Shown one piece after another: positions 38,286 through 49,196 of a stretch of 64,000 nt of DNA. The notes below the pieces were generated by a model. It saw nothing but the letters and a program-made list of their open reading frames with translations, had not been told where the DNA came from and did no database searches. Each line of letters starts with the position of its first letter. The stretch's first letter is position 1. A program made the position numbers and the translations under genes. This stretch comes from an uncultured delta proteobacterium (GTDB taxonomy: Bacteria; Desulfobacterota; Syntrophorhabdia; Syntrophorhabdales; WCHB1-27), in the NCBI GenBank assembly GCA_963750015.1, contig CAVVPU010000053.1, forward strand, positions 3,104-67,103. The letters are read 5' to 3'.

Positions 38286-38984
38286 TCAGGAAAGGGATTC
38301 TTTGCCGTTCGCCCGTCTTTTTCCCCACCAGAGGATGACCCCGCTCGCGACGTAGAGAATGATCGTCAGGGCCAGCAGGACTTCCGAGAGGGGCCGCTGG
38401 AGAAAGCCCGCACGAAAAAATCCCGCTTCCGCCAGTTCGCCGGCACACAGGATCACAATCGCCATGGCCCAGAACCGTAAAATCCTTGCCATTTCCTTGG
38501 CGCTGACCCGTTTGGTCAAAAACCCATCGAAGAGGGAGCCTATGTTCCTAAGGGATTGCCTGTTCGGGAACAGGAGGGGCGTCTCGAGTATGTAGTCTGA
38601 GAAGGCGGACCCATAGGTCTCGAAAAGGGTGCGCTCTTCTTTCCCCATGGTCGGACCATAAGCCCAGAAGAACAGGAACAGGTAGATGAGGACCATGTAA
38701 CGGCTGCCGCTCAACAAGCAAAAGCAGCAATCGACGAGGAAGTTGGCCAGGTAGTAGGGATGACGCACGATGGCGTAAATCCCCTCCTTGCAGAGGACTT
38801 TGTTCCGTATGAGAACGCCCTTTGTGAGGAAGTGGATGAAGCTCCCCGCAGCAAGCAGGATAAAGGCGACCGCGACCTCGGTGCAGGTCGGCCGAAGAAA
38901 GAAGGCGCAGGCCACCGAAAGGACGAAAATTACATCTCGGAGCCGGCTCCTCGTCAGAAAGCCTTCGGTCTCTTCGCGAGACAT
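38286..38984 (-). CDS. isoprenylcysteine carboxyl / phospholipid methyltransferase family membrane protein
   Basis: Polytopic, with IVRHPYYLANFLVD, which is typical of ICMT/PEMT-like enzymes. Confidence 0.7.
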   Translation of the reverse strand: MSREETEGFLTRSRLRDVIFVLSVACAFFLRPTCTEVAVAFILLAAGSFIHFLTKGVLIRNKVLCKEGIYAIVRHPYYLANFLVDCCFCLLSGSRYMVLIYLFLFFWAYGPTMGKEERTLFETYGSAFSDYILETPLLFPNRQSLRNIGSLFDGFLTKRVSAKEMARILRFWAMAIVILCAGELAEAGFFRAGFLQRPLSEVLLALTIILYVASGVILWWGKRRANGKESLS

Positions 38985-39086
38985 CCTATTGCTACCCCCT
39001 ACCCCTTCAGCGGTGGATCCGACAAATGCATCGGTTATTATGCCCTCTTTCGGGGACCGGGGTCAAATCATTTCGGCACCCTCGGC

Positions 39087-40385
39087 CTATTCTTCCCAAT
39101 CGGTGATTGGAACGGTGAGGCCTCCCGTCGGGAATACGGCCACCCGGGCCTCGGGGTATGCGCCCTTCAGGAGGTCCATACCTGCCTCCAGCGAGTCGGC
39201 ATATTCCAAGCCAAGGGTGGAGGCAGTCTCTTTCGACAGCATGGGGCAGACTATGACTGTCCGCATCGCGGATCTGCGGATCGCGTAAGACATGGCCAGA
39301 TTGAACTCTGCCGATTGGTCGGGCAGAAAAGGCATGCCCTTGGACATGGCATCTACCACGAAGGGGATCGGATCGTGGTGAGATTTCTCCTTCACCTCAT
39401 TGAAGCACCGAAAAAACGCATCCGGCACCGGGGCCACCATGGGAGCTACCATGAGGATGGCGCCGCCCTCTCTCGTCACGATATCGGGAACAGCAAGGCC
39501 TTTGTACATTTGTATTCCGTGGGTGTGGGGATAGCTCGAGACAATCGATATATCGACCTTTTCGCTGAACCGATGGCCGAGCTTGTCGTAGCACATACCT
39601 ACGGCCGCACCGAAGGCCTCCTCCAGGCTACCGGCCACCATGTTCGCGACCTGCCCCTCACGGTCATAAACGGTGTCTATGGTGAGATCGAGCCCGATCG
39701 TTCGGGCAATCATCATACAGTCTTCGTGGAAGGGGTTGGTCTTGGCCAGTCCTATCCTCGACCGTGGGTGTATGCCCCGTCGCATGTGATGGGTCCGAAT
39801 GAAGTCTATATCGCAGATACCGGGCATCAGAAGCTTGGGCCCACCACCGTAACCCGCCATAGGATGGGGAAGGATCGAGCTCACTCCTATCTTGATCTCG
39901 GCTTGCTCGACAACAGGATTGATCTTCACCACCCTGCCGTCCTCCAGGTGCACGGGAACGAGGTCGGCTTGCCACGCATTGTGCTGAACTATTCTGTAAG
40001 TGGAGACGACCTGTTTCCCCAGCCTCGCTTCGAGTGCCTCCCTCGCCAGGGGCACATGAGTCCCAAGGGCCACGACAATCGTGACTTTATCTTTCGGGCA
40101 GCCTGACTGGGTGAGGAAGGGAAGCAGGACGTCGAGGATTTCCGCCACGGGGGTCGGGCGGGTGGAGTCGTCTACGAGCACTGCCACGCTCTTCGCTTTC
40201 GCGAGTCTTTCCTTCAATGCCGGGACGCCGAGCGGGTTGTCGAGGGCACGGGCCGTCATCTGCCTCACGGTCGGCACTGTTCCTTCATCGATGCTTTCGA
40301 GAAAATGAAGGGCCACCCATCCCTGAGGCAGCAAAAAAGGATGTCGTTGGCCTGGGCCAAGGGTCAGATAGTAGTTTTCATTCAT
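39087..40385 (-). CDS. LarA-like (DUF2088) nickel-dependent racemase family protein
   Basis: 432 aa. ..SVAVLVDDSTRPTP.., HPMAGYGGGPK and conserved His residues match my memory of lactate racemase homologues. Confidence 0.75.
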   Translation of the reverse strand: MNENYYLTLGPGQRHPFLLPQGWVALHFLESIDEGTVPTVRQMTARALDNPLGVPALKERLAKAKSVAVLVDDSTRPTPVAEILDVLLPFLTQSGCPKDKVTIVVALGTHVPLAREALEARLGKQVVSTYRIVQHNAWQADLVPVHLEDGRVVKINPVVEQAEIKIGVSSILPHPMAGYGGGPKLLMPGICDIDFIRTHHMRRGIHPRSRIGLAKTNPFHEDCMMIARTIGLDLTIDTVYDREGQVANMVAGSLEEAFGAAVGMCYDKLGHRFSEKVDISIVSSYPHTHGIQMYKGLAVPDIVTREGGAILMVAPMVAPVPDAFFRCFNEVKEKSHHDPIPFVVDAMSKGMPFLPDQSAEFNLAMSYAIRRSAMRTVIVCPMLSKETASTLGLEYADSLEAGMDLLKGAYPEARVAVFPTGGLTVPITDWEE

Positions 40386-40612
40386 GTCTTGACTCCATTA
40401 GAGTGACATAGGTTGTATACAATATACTCTACAGACTCATGTTGCCTCCCGTCAAGAATAAAAAAGGAAGGGCAAAAGGAAGGTATGGTTCTGGAGGGGG
40501 AAAGTCCCTGAATTCTCTGGCTGACTTGAATGGGTTCATTGTTCTACCGGCCTAAAAAGGTTCCTTATCGACGGAACCGATTCAACCGGTAGAACCGATC
40601 GCTTCAGCCGTC

Positions 40613-41569
40613 CTACCGGGCGGCATGTCTCCTAGTTTCGACGGTCTGTTTCATAAATTCGATCAGGGCAAGATCGGGCTTGGAGAACTGGCCGTCGGCC
40701 CCCACCGCTTCCCCTTTATGGGCCAGTTTATCGGTGATCAGGGAAGAGAAAAGGACCACGGGGATCGTCCTGAGTATGGGATCGTCCTTTATTCTTTTGC
40801 AGAGATGGTATCCGTCCATTCCCGGCATCTCGATGTCGGTAAGGACGATGTCAATCGAATCGTTCAAAGGCGCGCCGTCACTCTCGTTCTTGCTCTTGAT
40901 CTCGGTAAGGTGTCCCCAGGCCTCGTCGCCGTTCGTGACCGACTCTACCACGAAGACCCCGTGTTCTTCCAGCCGCCGTTTAATGGTGCTGCGGATGGTG
41001 TGGGAATCGTCTGCGTGCAATACCCTTATGGGCACGAACTCTTCACTCACATTCTCACCCTCCCCATTCGTCTCCGATATGGCAAGGGCGGAATTGAGGT
41101 CTCCTATCGCCTTTTCCAGATCGAGGAGAAAGACGAGCTTATTATCCAGTTCTATGACGCCCGTGACCGAGTCGCTCAGGCCCTCGGTATATCCCTCGAG
41201 TGGCCTTATATCGCTCCAGGTGGCCCGGTGAATTCTCGTGACCCCGGAAACCAAGAAAGCGGTGACCGTGCTGTTGAACTCCGTAATCAGTACCTTGCCC
41301 TGGCTAGTCTCCACTTTCTTCCTGCCCAGCCATTCCGCCAGGTCGAGAAGGGGCACGATCTTGTCCCTGTGGTTGAAGATACCAGTGGCAAAAGTCCCTT
41401 TCAGGTGGGGCGGTCTCATTACCTTCGTGGGCATCGGGATTATCTCGAGCACCTTGGCTACATTCACTCCGTAATAACCCTTGTACTCCCCTTCATCGAT
41501 GAACAGCTCCAGGATCTCTACTTCGTTGGTGCCCGTCTCAAGCAGGATATTCGACATGCCCGTTCCCAT
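40613..41569 (-). CDS. cheV: chemotaxis coupling protein CheV (CheW domain + receiver)
   Basis: An N-terminal CheW-like domain is followed by a REC domain (LHADDSHTIR, LTDIEMPGMDG, FSK). Confidence 0.85.
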   Translation of the reverse strand: MGTGMSNILLETGTNEVEILELFIDEGEYKGYYGVNVAKVLEIIPMPTKVMRPPHLKGTFATGIFNHRDKIVPLLDLAEWLGRKKVETSQGKVLITEFNSTVTAFLVSGVTRIHRATWSDIRPLEGYTEGLSDSVTGVIELDNKLVFLLDLEKAIGDLNSALAISETNGEGENVSEEFVPIRVLHADDSHTIRSTIKRRLEEHGVFVVESVTNGDEAWGHLTEIKSKNESDGAPLNDSIDIVLTDIEMPGMDGYHLCKRIKDDPILRTIPVVLFSSLITDKLAHKGEAVGADGQFSKPDLALIEFMKQTVETRRHAAR

Positions 41570-41817
41570 AGTCTCCCCTTATACGCCTTTATTACCGCAC
41601 CGTCTGCGAGGTCCGGCTGTCCTAAAGCCCGGTGGCCGTGCCGCCCTTTCTTCCGGTCGGACGCATAGATACTTTATCGGAAAGGATGGAACGCAACTTA
41701 AACCGGGACTCCGCCGGGAAGTCTCCGGAGAGAGAAGACTTTGACCGCAAAAAAGAGGAAATGGGCGGCACACGTCCGTTCTATCGAAAGATGCCGCCCC
41801 TTGCTCATTGAAAAGGT

Positions 41818-42738
41818 CTATCGTCCGGAAAGGCCGGCCGCGAGACTTTGAATCGATTTTGCCGCTTCTTTCAGGCCGTCGGACTGGGCTTTCGTGAGGG
41901 ACAGCTCAACGATCTCCCGCACACCGCTTCTGCCCAACCGGACCGGAACCCCCATGCTTACGTCCGAAAAGCCGTATTCGCCGTTCAGAATAGCCGAACA
42001 CTGAAAGATTTTATCGGATTCGTTCAGTATTGCCCCGACGATCTCGGGTATGCCCACGGCACAGGTCCAGCCGGTTGTTCTTACGTCACCCGCAAGGCGG
42101 GTAAAGGTCGAGAACCAGTCCCGCATCGATCGGCCCAATTCCTCTTCCTGCTCGGCAGTAAACCGGACTGGCTTTGACCGCAGAGTAACCCGGTCAAAAA
42201 GGTGCACCTTCGCCGGACCGTGTTGCCCCAGTACTATGGCGTCGATCTCGGAGATCGGGGCTTTCAGGAGGTCGGCGACGGCGTACCGGAAACGATAGGT
42301 GTCATTCCAGGAATAGCCGACGAACTGCCGTGGCTCCAAGCCCGACAGGCGGTAAAGAATGTAGTTGAAGACATCCATAGGATTCGTCACGGTTATAACG
42401 ATTGTCTTCGGGCAGTGCGTGACTATCCGGCTCGCCAGCTCACGAGCAATCTCTACGTTCGAAGCGATCTTAGGCAGGACCGAAGGAGGCCCTCCAGGTG
42501 CGGCTGCGGCCATGATCACGACGTCGCAGCCCTCGAGGTCCGGCCAGGTGCCATACCGGACGACCGTGCCGCTCGTCTCCCGCACCCCCTGCTCGATGTC
42601 CATAGCATGGCTTCGGCCCAAGTCTTCCCGATTATCGATCATAATCAGTTCAGAGACGATCTGCCGCTCTGCCAGCGCAAATGCCGCGGCAGATCCGACG
42701 CCCCCGGCCGCGCCTATGATGGCGAGTCTTGTACCCAT
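41818..42738 (-). CDS. malate/L-lactate dehydrogenase family (LDH/MDH) enzyme
   Basis: Has the Rossmann motif IIGAAGGVGS, NPMDV and the usual length. Substrate not assigned. Confidence 0.85.
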   Translation of the reverse strand: MGTRLAIIGAAGGVGSAAAFALAERQIVSELIMIDNREDLGRSHAMDIEQGVRETSGTVVRYGTWPDLEGCDVVIMAAAAPGGPPSVLPKIASNVEIARELASRIVTHCPKTIVITVTNPMDVFNYILYRLSGLEPRQFVGYSWNDTYRFRYAVADLLKAPISEIDAIVLGQHGPAKVHLFDRVTLRSKPVRFTAEQEEELGRSMRDWFSTFTRLAGDVRTTGWTCAVGIPEIVGAILNESDKIFQCSAILNGEYGFSDVSMGVPVRLGRSGVREIVELSLTKAQSDGLKEAAKSIQSLAAGLSGR

Positions 42739-43070
42739 GGTGTAGCCTCCCTTCTTGTTTGAATTATAGCGGGTCTTCTTTGACTCTAAGGAGTCCTGTA
42801 GGTCTTATCGAACTTATCGGACCCGTTGAGAGCATGATCGGCAAAGACATCAGCCCGACGTTTTCCGCCCATTCATATTCCCCATCCTATATTGAGCTTC
42901 CCTTTGGTGTCAAGGCCTAACGCATATCCGGCTCCTGTCTTGGCTGCCGCCGCGGGGCCTGCTCCTCGAAAACCTGCTCTCCAAAAGGAACAAAAAGGCC
43001 TTGACAAACAATATGTCATCTGGAATAGTGGTCACCATGCACCCGACGGGGTTGCATACCAGAACGGTTG

Positions 43071-43382
43071 ATAATAGCGGCGGCCTGAAGGCCGCCCATT
43101 ACATCCCCTCCTTTCCCTTTTCCCCCCCAGTGCACAGGCATTTGCCCTTGGCAAGTCCATAAGCGTATGGCACCCCTTCCTCTCGCACATATTGCGGAGC
43201 GACCGTTAACCACCGTTGGCTTAAGGAGAGCGGTCCGTGAGGATGATGTGCGTGCTCGAACTCGGGGCACCCAGCCCTAAGGCTGGGTCGGACTTGGACG
43301 CCACCGCGCACATCAAGCGAACTGGAGCCTTACGGGGGTCGGGAGCGGAGCCTCATGTGCGAGAGGAAGGGGTGCCATACGC
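43071..43382 (+). repeat. Family-A structured repeat, copy A4 (forward)
   Basis: Same 27-bp stem arms as A1, at 43163-43189 and 43356-43382. It carries an extra internal hairpin CCCAGCC-CTAA-GGCTGGG. Confidence 0.85.
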
Positions 43383-43407
43383 TTCCCGCAAGCAGTGGTC
43401 CTTAGAT

Positions 43408-43456
43408 GCCTTTGCTTTGCCTTTGCTTTGCCTTTGCCTTTGCCCTCGCCTGTGCG
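43408..43456 (+). repeat. tandem GCCTTTG-type repeat, about 3 units
   Basis: GCCTTTGCTTTGCCTTTGCTTTGCCTTTGCCTTTGCCCTCGCC. It ends 36 nt before the tatD start. Confidence 0.8.
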
Positions 43457-43491
43457 TTGATTCTGCCTCCTCCTCTGTGCTATAAATTGCC

Positions 43492-44262
43492 ATGTTCGTC
43501 GATTCTCACTGTCATCTGGAATTGGAAGAATACGACGACGACCGGTCGGAGGTCATCGCCCGGGCCCTTCATGCCGGCGTCTCGCAGATGGTCACCGTCG
43601 CCACGGAAGAGCGGTATTTCGCGAGGGCCATAGAGATCGCCGAGACCCACCACGAGGTGTACGCCGCGTTAGGCGTGCACCCCCACAACTCGGCCGATTA
43701 CTCTGACGCCCTCGAAGAGCGCATCAAAGGATATCTCGCACATCCGCGGATCGTCGGGTACGGGGAAATAGGCCTCGACTTCTACAGGGACTATGCACCG
43801 CGGGACGTCCAGGCGAACGCCTTTAGAAGGCAGATAGAGGTGGCGCGGTCCGCGGGCCTGCCGATCATAGTCCATTCGAGGAATGCCAAGAAAGAAACCC
43901 TGGGAATACTGATTGATGCGAACCTCCGGGACCACAAGACCATAATCCACTGCTACTCATACGATCTGGAAACGGCTAAAAAGATGCTCGATATGGGCTT
44001 TTTCCTCTCCATACCGGGCACGGTGACTTACAAAAATTCCACTCTCGGCGATATAGTGCGCTACGTGCCCGCGGACAGGCTGCTTTCCGAAACGGATGCG
44101 CCTTTCCTCTCGCCACAGCCTTTTCGGGGCAAGAGAAACGAGCCGGCCCACGTCAGGCTCGTGGCCGAAGAGATAGCCCGGATAAAACAGATGTCGATAG
44201 ATGAAGTGTCGCGCCTTCTGGCCGACACCTTTGCCCGCATCTTTCTGGCCGGAGAGGAGTGA
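43492..44262 (+). CDS. tatD: TatD family metal-dependent hydrolase
   Basis: Has DSHCHL, IVHSR, HCYS and ETDAPF motifs. Confidence 0.9.
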   Translation: MFVDSHCHLELEEYDDDRSEVIARALHAGVSQMVTVATEERYFARAIEIAETHHEVYAALGVHPHNSADYSDALEERIKGYLAHPRIVGYGEIGLDFYRDYAPRDVQANAFRRQIEVARSAGLPIIVHSRNAKKETLGILIDANLRDHKTIIHCYSYDLETAKKMLDMGFFLSIPGTVTYKNSTLGDIVRYVPADRLLSETDAPFLSPQPFRGKRNEPAHVRLVAEEIARIKQMSIDEVSRLLADTFARIFLAGEE

Positions 44263-44265
44263 CCC

Positions 44266-44832
44266 ATGAAGCCCGCGATCATCATCGTCGACATGCTGGA
44301 AGACAATTACGGGAAGGAAAAGGACCCCGAGAAGGAAGAGGTCAAGATCATCGGACCGGTGCGGGAGTGCCTGAAGAAATGCCGGTCCCTCTCCATACCC
44401 GTGATCTTCGCCTGTGACAGTTATATAGAGGGCGACTTTCTCTTCAGGGGAAGGATGAAGCCTCACGCCATGCGCGGCACACCGGGCGCGGCGGTCCTCG
44501 CCGACCTCGAGCCTGAACCATCGGACATAATCCTCCCCAAACGGCGTTTCAGCGCTTTCTTCAAGACCGACCTCGATCAGACCCTCAGGACCCTAGGCGT
44601 CGACACGGTCGCCGTCGGCGGCATCAACACACATGTCTGTGTCCTCGCCACCGCCCTCGATGCCCTCGCTCACGACTTTTACACGATTATACTCGAAGAC
44701 CTGAGTGCCGCGTACAAACGCGAGATCCACGACCACTGCCTCGACGGGTACCGGAAGATGTTGATCTATCCCCTGCTCAAGGTGGCCGGGTCGCAGGAAT
44801 TTCTGGACTCCTTCGCCCATGGCCCGGCATAA
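44266..44832 (+). CDS. isochorismatase-family cysteine hydrolase
   Basis: Has IIVDMLEDN.., KRRFSAF and GGINTHVCV (catalytic Cys). Confidence 0.85.
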   Translation: MKPAIIIVDMLEDNYGKEKDPEKEEVKIIGPVRECLKKCRSLSIPVIFACDSYIEGDFLFRGRMKPHAMRGTPGAAVLADLEPEPSDIILPKRRFSAFFKTDLDQTLRTLGVDTVAVGGINTHVCVLATALDALAHDFYTIILEDLSAAYKREIHDHCLDGYRKMLIYPLLKVAGSQEFLDSFAHGPA

Positions 44833-45340
44833 GCTACTCATCTCCGTGCTCCTCGGGGTCTTCATCGGCCTGGTGGGAGCGGTCGTGGCCCTTTATGTCG
44901 GGCAGCACGGAACACGAGTCGTGCAGACCGCAGAGGTCGTGGACAGTGACAGGGTCTCGATCTTCTTTCCCGATGACCAGGGAAAACTGGTGCGAAAGAT
45001 GGTGGAGGTGCGAAAAAAGCTTTCAGATAAGGCGCGGGCCGACACGCTCCTCAGCGAGTTGAAAGATGCGGGCACTGTTCCGGACCTGCTCAGGCTCTAT
45101 GAGGTGGCCTTGGGCAAGGATGGTGTGTTATACTTGAATCTGTCGAAGGAGTTCATCGACCGAGACACCCCCGAACGAGAGATCACCATGACCTACGGTC
45201 TGGTCGATTCCTTTATTGAAAGCTTCCCCGGCGCGCAAAGCGTGCAGATACTGGTGGAAGGGCAGCCTGTCTACACGAGAAGCGGGGTCCTCTACATCCT
45301 GGAACCTCTTCGATTCAATAAGGAACTATTGGAGGAATAG
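44819..45340 (+). CDS. GerMN-domain lipoprotein/membrane-anchored protein
   Basis: An N-terminal TM segment is followed by a GerM-like pattern (VSIFFPD..LYLNLSKEF....VQILVEGQP). Confidence 0.65.
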   Translation: MARHKLLISVLLGVFIGLVGAVVALYVGQHGTRVVQTAEVVDSDRVSIFFPDDQGKLVRKMVEVRKKLSDKARADTLLSELKDAGTVPDLLRLYEVALGKDGVLYLNLSKEFIDRDTPEREITMTYGLVDSFIESFPGAQSVQILVEGQPVYTRSGVLYILEPLRFNKELLEE

Positions 45341-46615
45341 ATGCTCGATCCCAAACTCATCAGAGAAAAGCCGGATATCGTGAGGGAAAGTCTGAAAGTG
45401 CGGGGCACTTCTTTCGATCTCGACCGTCTGGTCAAGCTCGATGGAGAAAGGCGCGACCTGATCAAGGAAGTGGAGGGACTGAAAAACCGGAGAAACGTCA
45501 CTTCCGATGAGATCGCCAAGCTCAGGAAGTCCGGGGTCGACGCCCAGGCACAGATCGCAGAGCTCAGGAACGTCGGGAAGCAGATAGAGACCCTGGAGCA
45601 GGACCTGAGGAAGGTCGAAGGGGAATGGGAGCTCGCGAGCATGGAAATCCCCAACATACCCCACGGCTCAGTCCCGATCGGCTCGGGCGACGAGCAAAAC
45701 GAAGTGGTCAAGGTATGGGGGGAGAAGCCTGCTTTCGCCTTCGAACCCGTTCCCCATTGGGACCTGGGTGAGCGCCTGGGAATACTCGATTTCAAGAGGG
45801 CGGCGAAGATTACCGGCTCCAGGTTCACCCTTTACAAGTCCTACGGCGCGCTCCTCGAGCGGGCCCTCATCAACTTCATGCTCGATCTCCACACGATGAA
45901 GCACGGCTATACCGAGGTCCTCCCTCCCTTCATGGTCAACAGGGACAGCATGACCGGGACGGGACAACTTCCCAAATTCGAGGAGGAGCTTTTCAAACTG
46001 GGAGACCCGGATTATTTTCTCATTCCCACGGCCGAGGTGCCGGTCACCAATATCTTCAGGGATGAGATTTTGAAAGAGAGCGACCTGCCTGTCAAATATG
46101 TGGCCTACACCCCCTGTTTCAGGAAGGAGGCCGGGGCCCACGGCAAAGATACCAGGGGACTCACCAGACAGCACCAGTTCAATAAGGTGGAGCTCGTCAA
46201 GTTCGCCCTGCCGGAAAATTCCTACAATGAGCTCGAAGGCCTGCTCCTCGACGCGGAGGACGTGCTGAAAAACCTGAACATTCACTACCGCGTCTCAGTG
46301 CTCTGCACAGGCGACCTCGGTTTCTCCTCGGCCAAGACCTATGACATCGAGGTCTGGCTGCCGGGACAGAACATCTACCGGGAGATCTCGTCGTGCAGCA
46401 ACTTCGACGATTTCCAGGCTCGAAGGGCGAGGATCAGGTATAAGACAGGCAAAGGAAAGACCGAGTTCGTCCACACCTTGAACGGCTCGGGCCTCGCCAT
46501 CGGCAGGACTGTCATGGCGGTTCTGGAGAACTATCAACTCCCGGACGGCACCGTTGAAGTGCCTGAAGCGTTGCGCCCCTACATGCATGGAATGCGAACG
46601 ATAGTAGCTGTCTAG
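45341..46615 (+). CDS. serS: serine--tRNA ligase
   Basis: Has an N-terminal coiled coil and class II motifs ([25 protein letters not shown]; GSGLAIGRT). Confidence 0.95.
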   Translation: MLDPKLIREKPDIVRESLKVRGTSFDLDRLVKLDGERRDLIKEVEGLKNRRNVTSDEIAKLRKSGVDAQAQIAELRNVGKQIETLEQDLRKVEGEWELASMEIPNIPHGSVPIGSGDEQNEVVKVWGEKPAFAFEPVPHWDLGERLGILDFKRAAKITGSRFTLYKSYGALLERALINFMLDLHTMKHGYTEVLPPFMVNRDSMTGTGQLPKFEEELFKLGDPDYFLIPTAEVPVTNIFRDEILKESDLPVKYVAYTPCFRKEAGAHGKDTRGLTRQHQFNKVELVKFALPENSYNELEGLLLDAEDVLKNLNIHYRVSVLCTGDLGFSSAKTYDIEVWLPGQNIYREISSCSNFDDFQARRARIRYKTGKGKTEFVHTLNGSGLAIGRTVMAVLENYQLPDGTVEVPEALRPYMHGMRTIVAV

Positions 46616-46716
46616 GATTACATAGAGCGGATGCGTATATTCAATCGCGATCCGTCCATGTCCGCTTGCGTCCGGCTGACCTGCTAGTGCGAACTGAGCG
46701 GGGAGGCTCGGCGGGC

Positions 46717-49007
46717 TTAGCCCGTCGAGGGGGTGCTGAACTCCAACCTAGGATTCGAGCTTCGCGAGCAGCCGATCAGAAGCCCGTCTATGCGGTCTAT
46801 CATCTCCGGCTCCCTCTCCACGTCTGCTATCCGTATGAGCAGGTCCCGGGCCGATATTTCAGGAAACTCGCAGATCCGCTCGACGACACGCTCCCTCGTT
46901 GCCCCATCCCCCATATCCGAAAGGATCTTCATGAGCGCGACGATTGCCCTCCTCTTGCCCGCCGCGACGACGTAATCGGCGAGGAGGCCGCGTAGCTCAG
47001 GTTCCCTTTCCTTTGGAAGGAGGGCCAGAATGGGGTTGATGATGCCTTCGCCCGACACATAGGGCAGCAGTCTGATGGCCTGCTCGCGCGTATACAGGTC
47101 CTCAGCGGCAAGCAACTGCAGAAGGGCCGCACCGTCGAGGCTGCCCGACTGCTGCTTCGTATTTTCGATAAAAGCCGTCCAGTCCCTCCTGAGAGGGACC
47201 ATGCTCGCGACGATCAGCCCTGCCTCCACCGTTGAGAAGATCATCCGTTCCCGAAGCCCCTCTATCAAGTCGAGTTCTTCGGCAGCGAGAAGGCGACCCT
47301 CTCCCACGGCGTCTGCGAGCTTGCGGCGGATCGCCCATTTATCAAGGGAGCGGCTCAAGTCAATGCGCTCCCTCAGCAGGTCCCGCACGTACCGGCCCGT
47401 AAGTGCATAGAAGAGGCCTCCGCCAAACTCATGGCGCCGCGCCACTCCGTTTTTCTCCAGAAACTCCAGGGCACGGTCGATCTCCTCTTCGGGCATGCAC
47501 GTGTCCGCAAGGATATCTTCCTTCGTATACCTCTTGAGCATCCCGTCGATCTCCCCTGCGAGCACGCCGACCACATCGACCAGGGATTCCCTCTCCAAAG
47601 CGGCCCTCACCACTTCATCGACACCCGTCTTCGACCCGTTTCCTGCCTGTCCATCCGATACAGGCTTGCGAACATCGATCGCAGGTGCGCGACCAGGCTC
47701 GTAAACCGCCCGGAGGCTCGTCCCCCTGAAGGGCCTGTACCAGTCGAAGAACGACCCCTTGTCACCGACGATAATGAGGTACGTGGCCTCATTATCGATG
47801 CAGAACTCGACAAGCCGCTCCAATTTGTCCAGCTCGTCTTCTTCAACGTTTTTCAGCCTCTCGCATCCATCGATGACGAAAAAGCACCTGCCCCGAGGCA
47901 GCAGCTCTTTACACATGGAGACCATATCGACCGCTCTCCCCTGCGGGGTCGAAGTGGCCCGCCCAGGGTTTCCCGTATCTGGTGCATCGGCCTGTCCCAC
48001 ACCTCGGTGTGAAAAACATTGGGCGACATACGGCGCAGCTGGGGCACCACGAATGAATCGACGAGGGTACTCTTTCCCGAAGTCCCGTCGCCCACCACAA
48101 CCACGTGCCCATATCGAAAAAGCTTGTCGAGGAGGCGTGAGGCTTCATCCCATGCGTCAAAGGATGCACCCTCAGAGGTTTCGAGGGCGGAAAGGACGGA
48201 GGCGTTCGCATTGACCGGAGGCAGACCAGTGCCCCCGGCCGTGTCCCAGACGATCTGTCTGTACTGAAAGCCGAGCCTTCCATTCACCGTCTCCCTGAAA
48301 CGCCTGAAGATGTACTCGACATAAGGCTTCACGCGGGACATCACGTGTTCCTCATAGGGTGTTTCGGGCGTGCAGCGGATAAGGATGGTCCCTGCCCTGC
48401 TGTCGATCTCGACTGACGCCTTTTCGCAGCAGAGGCGGAGATCACGATTCTGTCCCATCCTGAGGTGCGTATGAACGGCATCCGGAGAAAACAGGTCCCA
48501 CATGAGGTGGGCGAAATTGAAGATCTCCCCGAGGGCCCTTCCGTTTCTGACGATGGCCTTACGCGTATCTTCCCGGATTTCCCACTCGAGAGGTATCTTC
48601 TTTACCGAGAAGATCAGGGAATTGACGAGTTCCAGGGCTTTTTCGGGGATCGCGATCCTCTTGCCTATCTCGTCGTTGAAAAAGAGTCTCCTGGCCGGTC
48701 CCTCCATCTGATCGAGGAGGTCCCTGTTCGCGCTCCATTCATAGCGGCCCGCCACACCCAGGTCGTGAAAGTAGAGCGTGCACAGGAGCACGAAGATTTC
48801 CCCCGAAAACATCTCTTCTCTCCGGTCCGTAGGCTCAGGGAGGAGTCGTTCGACGAAATCCTTTAATTCTTCGATGTGCCTTTGAAGGGGGGAAGGCGCG
48901 GGCGGGAATACGGAACCTTCGCAGAAGGCTACGAGGTCCTCGAACTTCTGATAGAGCTTCAGCTCCCTTTCTTTGTCCCTGAGAACCGTTTCGAGCTTCG
49001 ATTGCAT
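46717..49007 (-). pseudogene. HD domain + P-loop NTPase + winged helix + HEAT repeats (STAND/Avs-like), one frame break
   Basis: ORF 47853..49007 has LCTLYFHDLG (HD) and VVVVGDGTSGKSTLV (Walker A). ORF 46717..48000 has CFFVIDGCERL (Walker B), a wHTH-like LEFLEKNGVARRHE and C-terminal HEAT-like repeats. The ORFs overlap by ~150 nt, and a 1-nt shift near 47955-47965 joins them into ~760 aa. Confidence 0.65.
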
Positions 49008-49196
49008 TTAAGTTTACTGCCGTTTGCGTGAAACCCCGTCAACCTCTCCAGTGCCTTTCCGCTTCCATTCGATCAGGACTGCACTGAAAAGCCCCATATC
49101 GATTCGGCTTAAAGCGCGCTGGCACGCTCCCGGAGCAAGAACTCCTTAAGAGCCGAGGCTTGCAAAAAACCACCTGGAAAGTCGCCGGTCGGCTGG

